The notes under the pieces: generated by a model
Seen by the model: the letters and a program-made list of their open reading frames with translations, nothing else
What the model was told of the DNA's origin: nothing
Database searches by the model: none
Position numbers and translations under genes: made by a program
NCBI GenBank assembly: GCA_951406725.2
Contig: OX597818.1
Coordinates: 117,986,001 to 118,050,000, forward strand
Length of the DNA: 64,000 bases
Source of the DNA: Octopus vulgaris
Lineage: Eukaryota
Direction of reading: 5' to 3'
Part shown: positions 1 through 12,900 of the stretch, piece by piece
Layout: each line of letters starts with the position of its first letter
How positions within the stretch are numbered: the first letter of the stretch is position 1

Positions 1-18
1 ATGTATGTATGTATGTGC

Positions 19-60
<42 letters not shown>

Positions 61-599
61 ACATACATATACATATATTTATATATATAAGATAACGAAG
101 GCAGTGATATATATAGCATATACGTTTATGTGTCTGTGTATCTGTGTCTTTCCGTCTGTGTATACGTGTTGTCTGTCTGCATGTCTGTCTCTGTCTTTCT
201 CTCTTTCTCTCTATCTCCCTCTCTCTCTCCCCCATTCTCTCTCTCTCTCCCCAATTCTCTCTCTCTCTCTGTATATATATATATGTGTCTGTTTAGACGT
301 AAAATATACACGCATGCGTATTCATATATCTCAGTCTGTATACGTAAGGACTTATACAACACTGATATGTCTACGTGCCTAAATATGCGTATAATAACAG
401 ACTCTTCTCTATATGTGCGTGTATATGTACATGTATGTATACGTAGCCAACAACGGTTTTAGAAGTAACCGAGTACCGTGTCTCCCCTGTGACAGAAATT
501 GGATCCTCTAGACTTAAATGTGCTTAAAATGCAGTGAATATGACAATCCGTGCCAGCATTCATGAACCGGCTTCGTAGAGTACAGCAAGCTTTTTTCTA

Positions 600-1440
600 A
601 AACGGCACTTACAGCAAGAGTTGTAGCAGAAATCATTCTTATGTGCTCAAATGAAATGGATCAAGTTGTGATCAGAATTATTAAGACCAGAGACGGCTAC
701 GATACTAATAATAAAGTATATAAACTCTAAAGATCTTATCTTCTTACGATACACGACCGTTCTCAGAAGAATCAGACAAAAGGTAAAATGTAAAATGATG
801 AATCAAAGACAAAAGCACACTACCTCTCCTCGTATATATTTTTAAAAGAATTCAGTCAAGTTGGTATGGTTTTGATGGCGAAGAAATAAACGTCAATGTA
901 ACGGTATTCTAGAATGTTTCTTTATAAGCATCGATTTACAAGCATTTTTGTCTTGAGTGTGAGTGAAAAATAATGAATCGCAACCTATAAAGCAATTATA
1001 GGTTATGTCGTGACATATGAATCTAAGTATGGCAAAAACTAATGTACTTCATGAAATGATTAAGAAATTAGTCGGCCATGGCAAAATTTATTTGAGTATT
1101 ATAGACTAATACCAAATTGCAGTGGAAAAATATAAGAACTAGTAGTGCCTAGAAGAATTTTCCGAGCAACAATTAATACATTTGAATATTTCTGATGGCA
1201 AAACGATTTAGAGTTAGGAAACAATTCTTTGCAATGACGAAACAATGAATATGGAACCGAGGACATCTAAGCCGAAAACGCTTCAACAGAATAGAATGCA
1301 ATGTAACACGAATATATTTATTGCAAACATTCAATTAATGACGAAAGTCAATGACAAATATCACAAATTGATATTACGATGCAAGCTTCAAACCGAGTAG
1401 CATAAAGGAAAGAAATGATTCACGTGTAGAAACCAAACTA
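600..1440 (+). mobile_element. Highly degenerate LINE (RTE-like) apurinic endonuclease-domain relic
   Basis: Broken frames give VGMVLMAKK, KAIIGYVVTYES, KIYLSIID*NTKI and EEFSEQQL..LGNN in the order of the APE motifs GVGFL / IQVYAPT / MGDFNAKIG / NTFF. Many stops and frameshifts. Confidence 0.4.
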
Positions 1441-1609
1441 GAACTTTAAAATTTCAGTCTAATATTACTAAATCGCAGTTTCAAAAGTCTGCCGCTGTTT
1501 CTATTTTGTATTGTATTAACACTGTTAGAATGTGTTCTATATATATTGTCATCAATATCAACCGTACTACGATGATGGAAGTGTAAGGATATTACAGTTT
1601 TGCAACGAA

Positions 1610-2185
1610 ATATATAGTTCAGTCCCATTCCGTAACACACTAGCAAAGTGTATCCTACAATGGTTTCAGTAAAGCAGGGCCTGGTAGTGAATTTGGTCGA
1701 CTGAAATTGTGTGGAAGTCTATATATATATTTTTTCACTCTATGAAAACTGGGAAAGGACCACAACCAGTCACAAGTTATTCACATAAAAACTGGAGAGC
1801 AAAACTTACATACGTTTGGAGGAAAGTTTCGTGTCTTGCAAATGATCTAAGTGCTTAAATCGATAAAATATATCACAAATATCGAGAATTCCCAAAAGAT
1901 GTTTTGAGTCAATGTATTCTAAAAGTGAAGTGACATTGTGTGTGTGTGTATGTGTGTGAGCAGGTATACATATTTGAAAGTATGGGTATATTTGCATTGA
2001 TCCAGAAGCCGAATGACTGCAAGTGTCCCAGTAATTGAGTCATCAGACAAAGAGACCAATTGAATATGTACCAGGCATAAAAAAGGAATAATTGTAGGAG
2101 TCAATTTCTTCGATTAAACGCCGTTTAAAGTCCTGCCCCAGCAAAGAACGTCTCAGCCCAATGAATGAAGACAGTAAAAACGTAA
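1610..2185 (+). mobile_element. Old, degenerate family-A SINE, interrupted by an insert at ~1740-1935
   Basis: gttcagtccc...gcaaagtgtatcctacaatgg...gaatttggtcgactgaaattg matches the 5' half of family A; aaagagaccaattgaatatgtaccaggc...gccccagca...aatgaatgaagacagtaaaa matches the 3' half. Confidence 0.55.
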
Positions 2186-3150
2186 GGTCTATAAAATCTA
2201 TTGTTTTCATTCAGGTGTAAGGACTCACTTAACTTAGAAAGGTCTACATCTAAAGAGTAGAGAAACAATACATTTTCTAGTTAAGTTTTGGTGAAAGGGC
2301 GAAAGAAGACGTAATTCTGCTTGACAAACGATAAAAAGCAGAAATATATACAAGAAGAAATAGCAAAATAGGAGGGGATAAGACCGAATGAAAGACGATA
2401 TCTGTTTTGGTCAGTGCGATACGAAAAACAATATATTTTAATTAGTGATGCAGACCGTGTATAATAATTATTATAATTCCTCAGTTAAGGCCTTACATAT
2501 TAATGTGGTTCTAAAAATTGGGGTGATCTAAAATTGTTAAGGAGACCATCATTCTCTTCCTCCAGTTCTTGTCACATTTCATATCCGTCTAATACCACAG
2601 GCGTCAACTGTCAGACATTTAACCCCGAATTAGTCTCACAGCCAAGAGCCTGAATGCATATTTGTCAAATTAGCGTCATTTAATTTTTATGTATATTTAT
2701 AATTAACTACTTAAACCGTGCCGAAAAATAGAAGTAATTATATCTCTCTAGAAAGTGCAAAAAATTGTTAAAAAATAGGAAAACGTAAAACATTAAAATA
2801 ATTTTAAAAAAACGAACAGTGAAAAAGCAAAACTGGGAAAGGGCTATAACCGACCACAATTTATCCACATAAAAGTTTGTGAGGTGAAATATCATGTCGA
2901 AGTGCTTCAATCGATAAAATACATCACAGACTGTATAGACTTTGGGGTTTCACAAAATACGTTTTGGATCTTGATATTTTAAAAGTGAAGAGAGTTAGAA
3001 ACAAACGTGTGAAACTAGCATAAATCGAGCTCTTAAAATGGACTTACTGCTCTGCAGCATCTTTTCCCAGAGCATACCAAGACTCGAACTCAATATGGCA
3101 TAAGACGGGGATTTTATTTCCCAGAGTGTTTCACTGCTTCATTGCAATAT

Positions 3151-4536
3151 CTATATTGGTAACTGAATTGGTAAGGAAAAGAACACGAAGTAAAGATTAA
3201 AATTGATATTTTTCTCATATACGTTCCATCTACTGATGACATTAGTCTTGTGGAAGGAGTTCCCATCAAACTCAGGAATTTGACGAGGAATGAATATGAA
3301 AAACAAAGTGAAATGATGTTAGAAATATCGATTTCTATGGATAAATGATTTTGATAAGAAAATTGAGAGAAAACTTCTTTCAAATATTAAACAAATCGTC
3401 GTCCTCAACTTATACACTAAACAAGGAAGGAAAGAAAATATGATGTCAGGTCTTTGGAAGTGTAAGATCTATTTTTAAACAGAACATTTAACCTTATCCT
3501 TAAAGAACAATTTTTTTATCAATTCATTTTATCGTAATTTCCTATGAAGCAAAAAACAACGACCCTGACAAAATTGAAAGATTCAAGCTAAAACTTGCTC
3601 CAAATATTTACGTTGGCAATAATGTGGAACACAATAAATCCGACGAAGAGATCTGAAAACAAACAGTTTGAGGAATGATTTCATATAAATTTTAGTCTGT
3701 TCCACAGATTTAATTTTTCGACAGTTTCTACGTTGAGCTTGCGTTACATGGCGCATGTAGTTGTGATGACAGCTAGCGGCTCCTTTACTCTGTCGACTCC
3801 ACGCTGTGGACCAATAATATAAGCACACGTACAATGATCTTGTGACTGCCAAATTAAACACAAGACCTTGTTAACACTGAGGTAGCTGAATGGATAATGA
3901 TATTCGATACAAAAAAAACATTATGATTGAAGTAAAATGTATTTACTATGGCCTTTTGGTTATAAGAAACTAGCAATAAAAAAAGGGGTCTCAAATATTT
4001 GTATAAGTGTATATAAAAGTCAGTTGGAGACAATTATAAACAGCTTCACGAAATCATGGGAGACCGTAAAGTGAAAATATATAGTAATATCGTAATGAAG
4101 AAAAACGAATACTAGGAATTAAAATATTCACTTGTACTTTCTGCATCAATCACCCGGGGTAGGTTGAGCTAACTCCGACCAGCGAGTTCAACATCTTCCT
4201 TACGAATGCTAACCTCATCCGGCAGTCGGCTGCAGTCAAATTTGTAATGCACTGAGTTTGTGTGAAGTCTTGCAAACAAGACATCACACAAAATTTTAAT
4301 ATTTGAAATAATTTCTTTCTCAATTGTGTTATCAAAATCATTCATCCATAGAAATCGATATTTCTAACATCACTCCAGTTTGTTTTTTCCTATTCCTTCC
4401 ACGTAAAATTCTTGAGTTTGGTGAGAACTCCTTCCATAAATCTAATGTCATCAGTAGATGGAACGTATATGAGAAAAATCTAAATTTTAGTTCTTACTTC
4501 CTGTTCTTATCCTTACCAATTCAGTTACCAATATAG
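3151..4536. repeat. Inverted repeat with ~240-bp arms (3151-3391 and 4295-4536) and a ~900-bp spacer
   Basis: The arms are reverse complements, with about 28 differences in ~241 nt by manual alignment. Confidence 0.93.
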
Positions 4537-4839
4537 CTAAAGTCAAAATAATCAACTTATCCACTGTACTAAACTTCCTGGCTTTGTACCAAAATTTGAA
4601 ACTTATACAATAGTTGATTGTTTTGTACTTCTGGGGGATCATGATTCGAACGGCCACATGACTGTCGATTCAGAATGAATACAAGGCAAACTAACAACGC
4701 TTCCTATTGTAATAATTATGTAGGTTTCGAAGCAGAGCCTAACTAGCAATTGTTTTGAATACATGTAATACGATATTTAAGCTTTATATATTTTCTACCT
4801 CAATCATTTTACCTTTTTTTTCTCTCATCCCTTTTGCTG

Positions 4840-5340
4840 TTCCTTACAATATGACTATAGGTTATTTTACGATAAACAGTGTTATTTGCAATCGCAAATC
4901 ATTATTTTGCCGCATATACAAACATTTAGTATTTGTCACAGGTAGATGCTGTTTCATTAACATTGTGAGAATTCCCCACTTGATGCATTTTAGATATAAA
5001 ATCATTTGACATTTGTATATTTCATAGCTAATTTAAACTCCATGACTACAAGCCAGGTATTAATCAAAACCTCACAGGATGCAATGCAACTGTAGTGTTT
5101 CTAAAACTTGCCAATTTGTAAATTTAACCTACCCATGAACACGTTGGCTACATAGAGTTGTAATATATCCAGATGTTTAATGCTATTGTGAAATGCGTAG
5201 TCTATCCATTTCCCATATGCCATCCTAGAATATAGAACCCAGTTGCAAAAATTGCACGATTGCCTATTTAAATGTTTCATATAAATTTCTAACTTCACTA
5301 TGAAATTCATTATGAAGTTATTGTCCATTTTATCACAGCT
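4840..5340 (-). mobile_element. Degenerate MULE/Mutator-like transposase C-terminal relic, possibly with a SWIM finger
   Basis: WIDYAFHNSIKHLD/ITTLCSQRVHG*VK resembles MULE W..HLGNTTTxRVEGxHxxLK. Downstream CDCK*HCLS*ITYSHI resembles the SWIM CxC...CxH pattern. Confidence 0.35.
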
Positions 5341-5571
5341 GTATGTTTACCATTCTGAAATATTCTTATAAAATACCCCTTTTGGTGACACATTGTTAAA
5401 CAACTGCCTTATTTAATTATTTACATAGCCGTTAGAGATTCACTAAATTATCCATAGATTTCTATGGATTAGAAATGTATAATGCTGGCAATCTTGTCCG
5501 GAAATTGGGGATTTGTGCCGACTCTGGTGACAAGTGATTCGGCAGACTGCAGTATCAGGGTAGTTTAAAGA

Positions 5572-5583
5572 GCAACAACAACA

Positions 5584-5667
<84 letters not shown>
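5572..5667. repeat. (AAC)n(AAT)n microsatellite
   Basis: Directly visible. Confidence 0.98.
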
Positions 5668-6852
5668 GTTACTCTATTTTTTTTCTTTTACGCCTTGCAA
5701 TTTTAATGTTCATGGAACTGCATTCCTCCAAATGATTTTGAGCGAATTAAAATTGTATTCCAGATCGAGCGAATGACCGTTCTGAAAAATCTGCCCGTCA
5801 CTGTTTCTGTCATAATCAATCAGTTCTTTTGTGCCATGTCTTTGGAATTTCTCTTTTACGATAACGAACATTGTTATCATTATCATGACGTTATTACAAA
5901 TTGTTATAAGAACTTCTATCAGTGTAAGGCTGCATTCCTTTTTAATTTGTTTAAATTCTATTGTCCCCTAAAAATAAGGATAAGGTGTTCTCTGATAGGC
6001 TGGCTCATTAAACATCATTACCATCAAGAGAATGAGCATCATCATTATCACATGTCAGAACTGTCCCATATAAGATGCAAATGCACAGAAAAAAATCCAG
6101 AATTCTTAATGTTCTTCAGATTTAAAAAAAAAATCATATCACTTGACAAAGCACTTGACAAAAGGCATTTTTTCTCTGGAATATCTCATGATGAAAAAAA
6201 TCAACGAATCTTTGAAAATTCTACGTTTTCTTTCACTGTTGGGTTATCATTTATACTTACAATATATGAGAAAAACTCAATCTACTTGTCTCAAAATTAT
6301 TTTCTCTCTACTTAACGCCTCCTTTTAAAACATATCGATAGTTAACGTAATTTAGCAAACAAAGCATGGAAATTGATTGGTAATTTTTTCCCTGACCTAA
6401 TCTAACTGGATTTAGAAAATGAAAACTTGAAGGAGATAGTTTTATAATAATGAACATGCGCTTATTTGATATTTGGAATTTTGAGTAGAAATTCTCAAGT
6501 TCAGTTAATGAAATCTCGATATTCATTGTTATGTAATATTTCCTATTTTAGAATGTTATAGCAAGTAACAACCATTTATGACATATTTCAATGTATGTAT
6601 GTATGTATGTATGTATGTAGGAAATGTTCAGTTTATTTCAATATTCTTTTGCCAGTAGTGAAAGAACCGTTGTGTGTATTAGAAGAGTTTATGTTTTAAA
6701 ATGTGAGTTTAATTCCCGTGCACGTGGACTTATTGTGGATATATATGTGTGTATAGATATCTATGTATACATTAGTATATATAATCATATGTTTGCCTGT
6801 GTAGGTTTGTATATATGTATCAAATTTTGTATGTGTTCGCATGCATATGTAT

Positions 6853-7233
6853 ACTCTTTACTCTTTCCTCTTTTACTTGCTTCAGTCATGCTGGAGCACC
6901 GCCTTTAGTCGAGGAAATCGACCCCCAGGACTTATTCTTTGTAAGCCTGGTACTTATGCTATCGGTCTCTTTTGCCGAACCGCTAAGTTACTGGGACGTA
7001 AACACACCAACATCGGTTGTCAAGTGATGTTGGTGGGACAAATACAGACACACAGACATATACATATATACGACGGGCTTCTTTCAGTTTCCGTCTACCA
7101 AATCCACTCACAAGGCTTTGGTTGGCCCGAAGCTGTAGTAGAAGACACTTGCCCAAGGTGCCACGCAGTGGGACTGAACCCGGAACCATGTAGTTCATAA
7201 GTAAGCTACTCACCACACAGCCACTCCTGCGCC
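6853..7233 (-). mobile_element. Family-A tRNA-derived SINE, near full length
   Basis: Minus strand has head ggcgcaggagtggctgtgtggt (A box) and gggttcagtccc (B box), CORE-like caccttgggcaagtgtcttct, an internal TA/TG linker and tail ggcggtgctccagcatg...aagtaaaagag. About 11 copies in the window. Confidence 0.92.
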
Positions 7234-7743
7234 TATATATGCACATGTTTCTTTTCGTGTTTGCAAGTATAATGATACATGCATACGTCTCTATATATGT
7301 AAATGACGAGTGTCAATATCTCAACAAGTATAGATTTCTCTAAGTGTATATTTAAAAACAAAGAACAGACTTACATTTATAGTAACACAGTTTATTTATC
7401 TTATGCTAAATTACTCTGGACATGCATTTCTTCCATCTTAAACTAAGAATCTATTTGATATAAGCTTTTCCCCGATTATATACAACACGATATTTATGCC
7501 TTTGAAAGTATAATCTTTAGAATATTTGTTATTCATATTCCCCGCTGCTTAAAAATACCGTTCGTTGAAACTAGCGATGAAGTTTATATGAGTATCTGTC
7601 AATGTGGATTAATTTCTAACGTATTATATATACAACATATTTCTTCTTCCGTTCTCAATCACAATTGTCCGCCGAACAGGAATGTGATATTCTGATTAGG
7701 AGTTTTTTGTGATGTCTTTAGCAGCTTTAGTAATAATGCACGC

Positions 7744-7746
<3 letters not shown>

Positions 7747-7799
<53 letters not shown>

Positions 7800-7851
7800 T
7801 ATATATATATATATATATTAATATGCATGTATATGTATATATATAAATATA

Positions 7852-7899
<48 letters not shown>

Positions 7900-7969
7900 T
7901 ATATTCATACCTGTAAGTATATATATATATATATATCCACACACACATACATAGACGTACAAATATACC

Positions 7970-8025
<56 letters not shown>

Positions 8026-8109
8026 AATACATGTATATGTATATATATATATTTATATATATATACATATATTTATATATATCTGTATCTGTATCTATCT
8101 ATCTTTCTA

Positions 8110-8165
<56 letters not shown>
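7747..8165. repeat. Compound (TA)n/(CT)n microsatellite block
   Basis: Directly visible. Confidence 0.97.
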
Positions 8166-8168
<3 letters not shown>

Positions 8169-8977
8169 TTTAAATAAAATGAGACAACAATGACAAGTCT
8201 GTGTGGAATTTTCAGGATATTTAAAAAGAGAATGTTAGTCTTACAACTGTTTCTGAGAAATAAACTTTTGTTTCTCCCATCTGTACCCCACCACACTCAA
8301 TAACTAGATTTTGCCGTTTTCTGTATTTTATTTGCCATATTATACTGTAACTTCTCGAAAAAGAACTAACAGCAATGTATTAGCAGCATTTACATCTGTG
8401 ATGTTATGTTAAACATAATAATGTCATGCGTGATGGTAAAAGAGAGTATAGGATACTACAGAAGGTGAATGATAGGAGGGGAAGTTGAAAGCGGAGAAAC
8501 ATAAAGTGTGAATGGAATTAACATTATAGATCTTGTCATATGGGATGATGATATTGGTGATGATATTCTAGTTAGGAGCATTATTCGCCGTTCAAATTTT
8601 CTGTATTTCTTGAAAAGCTTTAATCCGATGTATACAGATGGTTCTTTATAGTAGAATGTTTTTCGAATTTTGATTTCTTTCCTTTATACAGGCCATTCCA
8701 TTTATTCCAGACTTTAGATTGTTCCATGGTTTTGCTGTTAAGAACGACAGAATTAATTGTTAGTAATCTAGTTTGCTGCGTGATTTTGTAGATGAATATG
8801 GCCATAAAATCTTTGTTTAATTTATTCCAAAGCCCTGGCTGCATAATATCTATGTATTTATGTTATCGCACGTCAGAACACTATATCTTGCAAACATAAT
8901 GTGAATCCATTGAAAAGGAAACAAATATCACTTCTGGTATCGTTATTTAAAAGGATAAATACGATGTATGTCCATGA

Positions 8978-9203
8978 CATAGCTGTGAGGTAAGAGGCTT
9001 ACTTCTCGACCACATGTATCTGGGTTCAGTCACACTGCTTGGCATCTTGGGTACATATTTTCTATAGCCTCGCGCCGACCGAAGCCTTGTGAATGTATGT
9101 GGTAGACAGAAACTGAAAGAAACCCATCGTGAGTGTATATATATATATATATATACATATATATGTTTGTGTGTGTGTGTGTGACTCCAGCTTGACAACG
9201 GGT

Positions 9204-9205
<2 letters not shown>
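8978..9205 (+). mobile_element. Family-A SINE, diverged 5' two-thirds
   Basis: gctgtgaggtaag...gggttcagtcacactgc...ggtagacagaaactgaaagaa matches the other copies. Confidence 0.85.
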
Positions 9206-9259
<54 letters not shown>

Positions 9260-9308
9260 TTATGATAATAATAATATTAACAATAATGATAATGATGATG
9301 ATGATGAC

Positions 9309-9339
<31 letters not shown>

Positions 9340-9485
9340 TATATAATATATATATATATATACATATATAAAAATATATGTACAAATTCATATACATACA
9401 TAACTGCATACATATATGCATGTATGTATGCATGCGTATATATATAAAGAGAGAGAGAGAGAGAGAGTGAGAGAGAGAGAGAGGG
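9206..9485. repeat. (AAT)n/(GAT)n, (TA)n and (GA)n microsatellites
   Basis: Directly visible. Confidence 0.97.
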
Positions 9486-9720
9486 GGAAAGACGCGTGAA
9501 TATATCTATGAAGAGCATAATGCTGGTGATCGTAGGTATGTTTGTAAACGATGTAGAAATAATATTGTTAAAGATGTATACATATATTGTGCCATATAGC
9601 TAGGCTCACCAGCGTTGCACTTTCCATAATGATCAGAGATTAGAATACTATTTATGCAACCTTTAAAAAGGGATGTTTAATACAATACATTTCGGATAAT
9701 ATGTTTATATATATATATAT

Positions 9721-9937
9721 ATCACCGTGATCACCGTGACCAACCAGGGTATCAGATGTTGCTACACATCGCTGGTCACAATGCGCTTCGCATTGTTTTA
9801 ACCTTCAAATTACGCCCCCCCCCCCCTGGCCAGAGCTTCGTGGAGCTTTAGCTGTTTTCGCTCAATAAACACACACAACGCCCGGTCGGGAAATCAAAAC
9901 CGCGAGTCTGCTACCTAACCGCTGGGCAATTGAGCCT

Positions 9938-9940
<3 letters not shown>
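9721..9940 (-). mobile_element. Family-G SINE (family-B tRNA head with a different tail)
   Basis: The head ggaggctcaattgcccagcggttagg...gaccgggcgttgtgtg..tttattgagcgaaaac matches 29482. The tail aacaatgcgaagcgcattgtgaccagcgatgtgtagcaacatctgat matches 41833-41957. Confidence 0.88.
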
Positions 9941-10003
<63 letters not shown>

Positions 10004-10046
10004 GAGGCTCAATTGCCCAGCGGTTATCCGACCGGGCGTTGTTTGA

Positions 10047-10094
<48 letters not shown>

Positions 10095-10180
10095 ATAGAC
10101 TACAATTGCCCAGGACGTCTGGAAGACGGCAGACTCACAGTTTTGATTTCCCGACCGGGCGTTGTGTGTGTTTATTGAGC

Positions 10181-10244
<64 letters not shown>

Positions 10245-11289
10245 TTATTTATACATATATCATATATGCATACATGTATACATACGTACATGTACAGTGT
10301 ATGCAGCTGTGCAGCGACACTTTTATATATTATAAAAGAAAATAAATAAGTCATTAATAATCTTTAAATGCATCTTAATATCAGACTGTAATCTATAAAT
10401 GAAGGTCGCCAATTTTTTCTGTACTTGGGGAGATTTCACGTCTTTTAGCTTCTGTCTCTACATCAAGTCGCAGTATCCCATAGCATTATCTTAACATGTC
10501 TTTTACATTTCAGCTGTAAAGACGCTGGCTACAAAGATGCCTAATCTGTCCTTCGTTTTTTTTTAAAGACTATGCTAGTTCTTCGTTTTATCAAGCTGCA
10601 GAAGATTTTATCTAAATATCAGCTAAATATATTTAGATGCCGCTAAGCAGAAAATTTTTATCATTTTCTTAAATTATGTAAGATTTGTATGATTGTTATT
10701 GCATCAAAATTTTGCAAGCTTTTATAGCTTCAACTTTTATTACAAATGTTAAATTTAAATTTTATTTCAAAGTATTTTGAATATTTAATAAATTTCTCGC
10801 ATACTAATTTATTTTCATTGATCTCTTTGTAGAGTTTGCTGGATTCTTGCATCATATAAGACAGTCGAAAGTCTGACTTTGCTGGAAGATTTTAATATTT
10901 ATAGATCAACTTCTAGTGGGCGGACCGTATCAACAAGAGGTTAATGAAATGTGTCTATGGTTTCCTTTAAATATTCACTTTAATATTCGTCATTCCAGTT
11001 TCTGTGAAATACGTAAGCGTCAAATATTAATATCGCTTCTATCAGCTAGACAGTCATCCATCAAAACAACCACAGAATTTGACGGCAGAATGTTTATGTA
11101 CCCCACGTTCTAACTTCTCATTGCATCTCATACGAAATTAAGTGTTCGCGCTTCTAAAGTTTTCTCTATGAAAATTTAACACTATACGATTAGAACTAAT
11201 TTTCGTAGAGAAAATGTGAGATTTGAAGGCTGTTTAATTAATATTTCTAGCTGTCTCTGTCAACAAAATAGAGTATGTTTTTCGCTCAA

Positions 11290-11665
11290 TTTTTTTTCTG
11301 TAGTTTGAGCCCAGAGCTGCGGCCATGCGGATGCATTGCCATTTTGCTACACTGTTATTATCGAGAGCCTCTTCCAACATGTGGCACTTGGTGAAGAATG
11401 GAGTTTGATATAGCTACCCACATTTGCACCTCTTGCCGCGATGTAGGTTCATCTGGGATTCTCGACAGGGAGACGTTCAGTTTTGATTTAAAAACGCCTA
11501 CATCTACTTTGTGCAGGTACCTCAGGCTTTTGGAGAGAATATTAAAAAGCTGTGGGCCCTTGAAAGCCAGGCTGTTGCAGTAACTGATCCTGAAGCATGA
11601 TGGCGTTGCTGGGATCTATGCAGTGTCGTCTCGTTCTGGCATTGATGTAGCTTTCAATGCCAAAT
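11290..11665 (-). mobile_element. CR1/Jockey-group LINE 3' end (ORF2 C-terminus and tail)
   Basis: Translates RISYCNSLAFKGPQLFNILSKSLRYLHKVDVGVFKSKLNVSLSRIPDEP, typical of LINE ORF2 ends, followed by the tail gcatggccgcagctctgggctcaaac and an A-run. Confidence 0.8.
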
Positions 11666-12219
11666 ATAGAAATTGGAAATTTCTACTTATTTAGAAATTA
11701 TTTTGATAGATATTATGCGTTTTTGCTTTTTACTATTATAATTCATATTTGCTTAACTTGGATATTCCCTTCTTACATGAACATAATCCTTCATGAAGGC
11801 AAAATAGGTGTTTACTTCATATTAACTTGTCTAGTTAACCGCATCACTTATATTTTATCAACGGAAACATATTGAAGAACGAAAATAAATTTGTACGTAT
11901 TTTCTGAGAAATAATGCAACAATAAACACCCCTACCTATAATCAAACTCACTTACCTTGTAGTAGTATGATCAGCGTAAGTGAGGGATTGCTAACCAGCA
12001 TAGGTATAGTGCAGTATATAGTTTACAGAAATTTATTTACGAAAGCTTATGAAATGAGTTCCAAATTAATATGAATGTAGTGATGGGGTTGATAAAATTA
12101 AGAATTATGATGGATATGAACGACTGGATACCTTCTCAATGAATCTGTTTTTTTTTTTTAAGGCTCAATTCTTTTAATCCCTTCCAGTAGCTAATCTGTT
12201 AGTCCGAGTTCATTTTTGT

Positions 12220-12783
12220 GTAGTTGTGTCTGATTGCCTGGAGTTTCGCTGTTAGTTTGAAACTTTGTGACGTCTAATGCTGGGAACATTAATCTAGGCG
12301 ACTAATTGTTCTTCATAGGAGTTGCAAGGCATCTTTCTTGTTTTGAATGATCTGAGTATCCTACCAGCCACTCGCCTGCACCATGTTGCCATCTCAGTAA
12401 TATGCTCATGGAATGATCATTGCGGTTTCGAAGATCACGTTTCTACTCAGACTCTGAGGTTGAACCACTCACAGGACCTGCGTAATCCGATAGTAATCTG
12501 ATTGGGCAAATAGTAGAGTGCTTCAATATGATCACCATTGAAGTGTTATTGAAGTGTTATTTTCATCAGCCCATTTGTGTACTGCATTCAGATCTCTCGG
12601 CAGTTTTAGGTAGCCGTCAATTCACTTGAGCGACTGTAATGATTTTCTGTCGTAAAAATAGTTGTAGATGAATATCATGCTGATAGTATGTCTAAGGGAG
12701 CCACCGCAAACAGTAGTTGCCCCAATAACATTCTCATGTGAGCTCTTCAAGTATTCTACTAAGAGATGTCTCCACGGAAAGAC

Positions 12784-12785
<2 letters not shown>
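12220..12785 (-). mobile_element. CR1/Jockey-group LINE reverse transcriptase relic, probably the same element as 11290-11665
   Basis: Broken frames give LPRDLNAVHKWADENN, HEHITEMATWCRRVAGRILRSFKTR and SRLD*CSQ, homologous to 63550-63902. Confidence 0.7.
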
Positions 12786-12858
<73 letters not shown>

Positions 12859-12859
12859 G

Positions 12860-12900
<41 letters not shown>

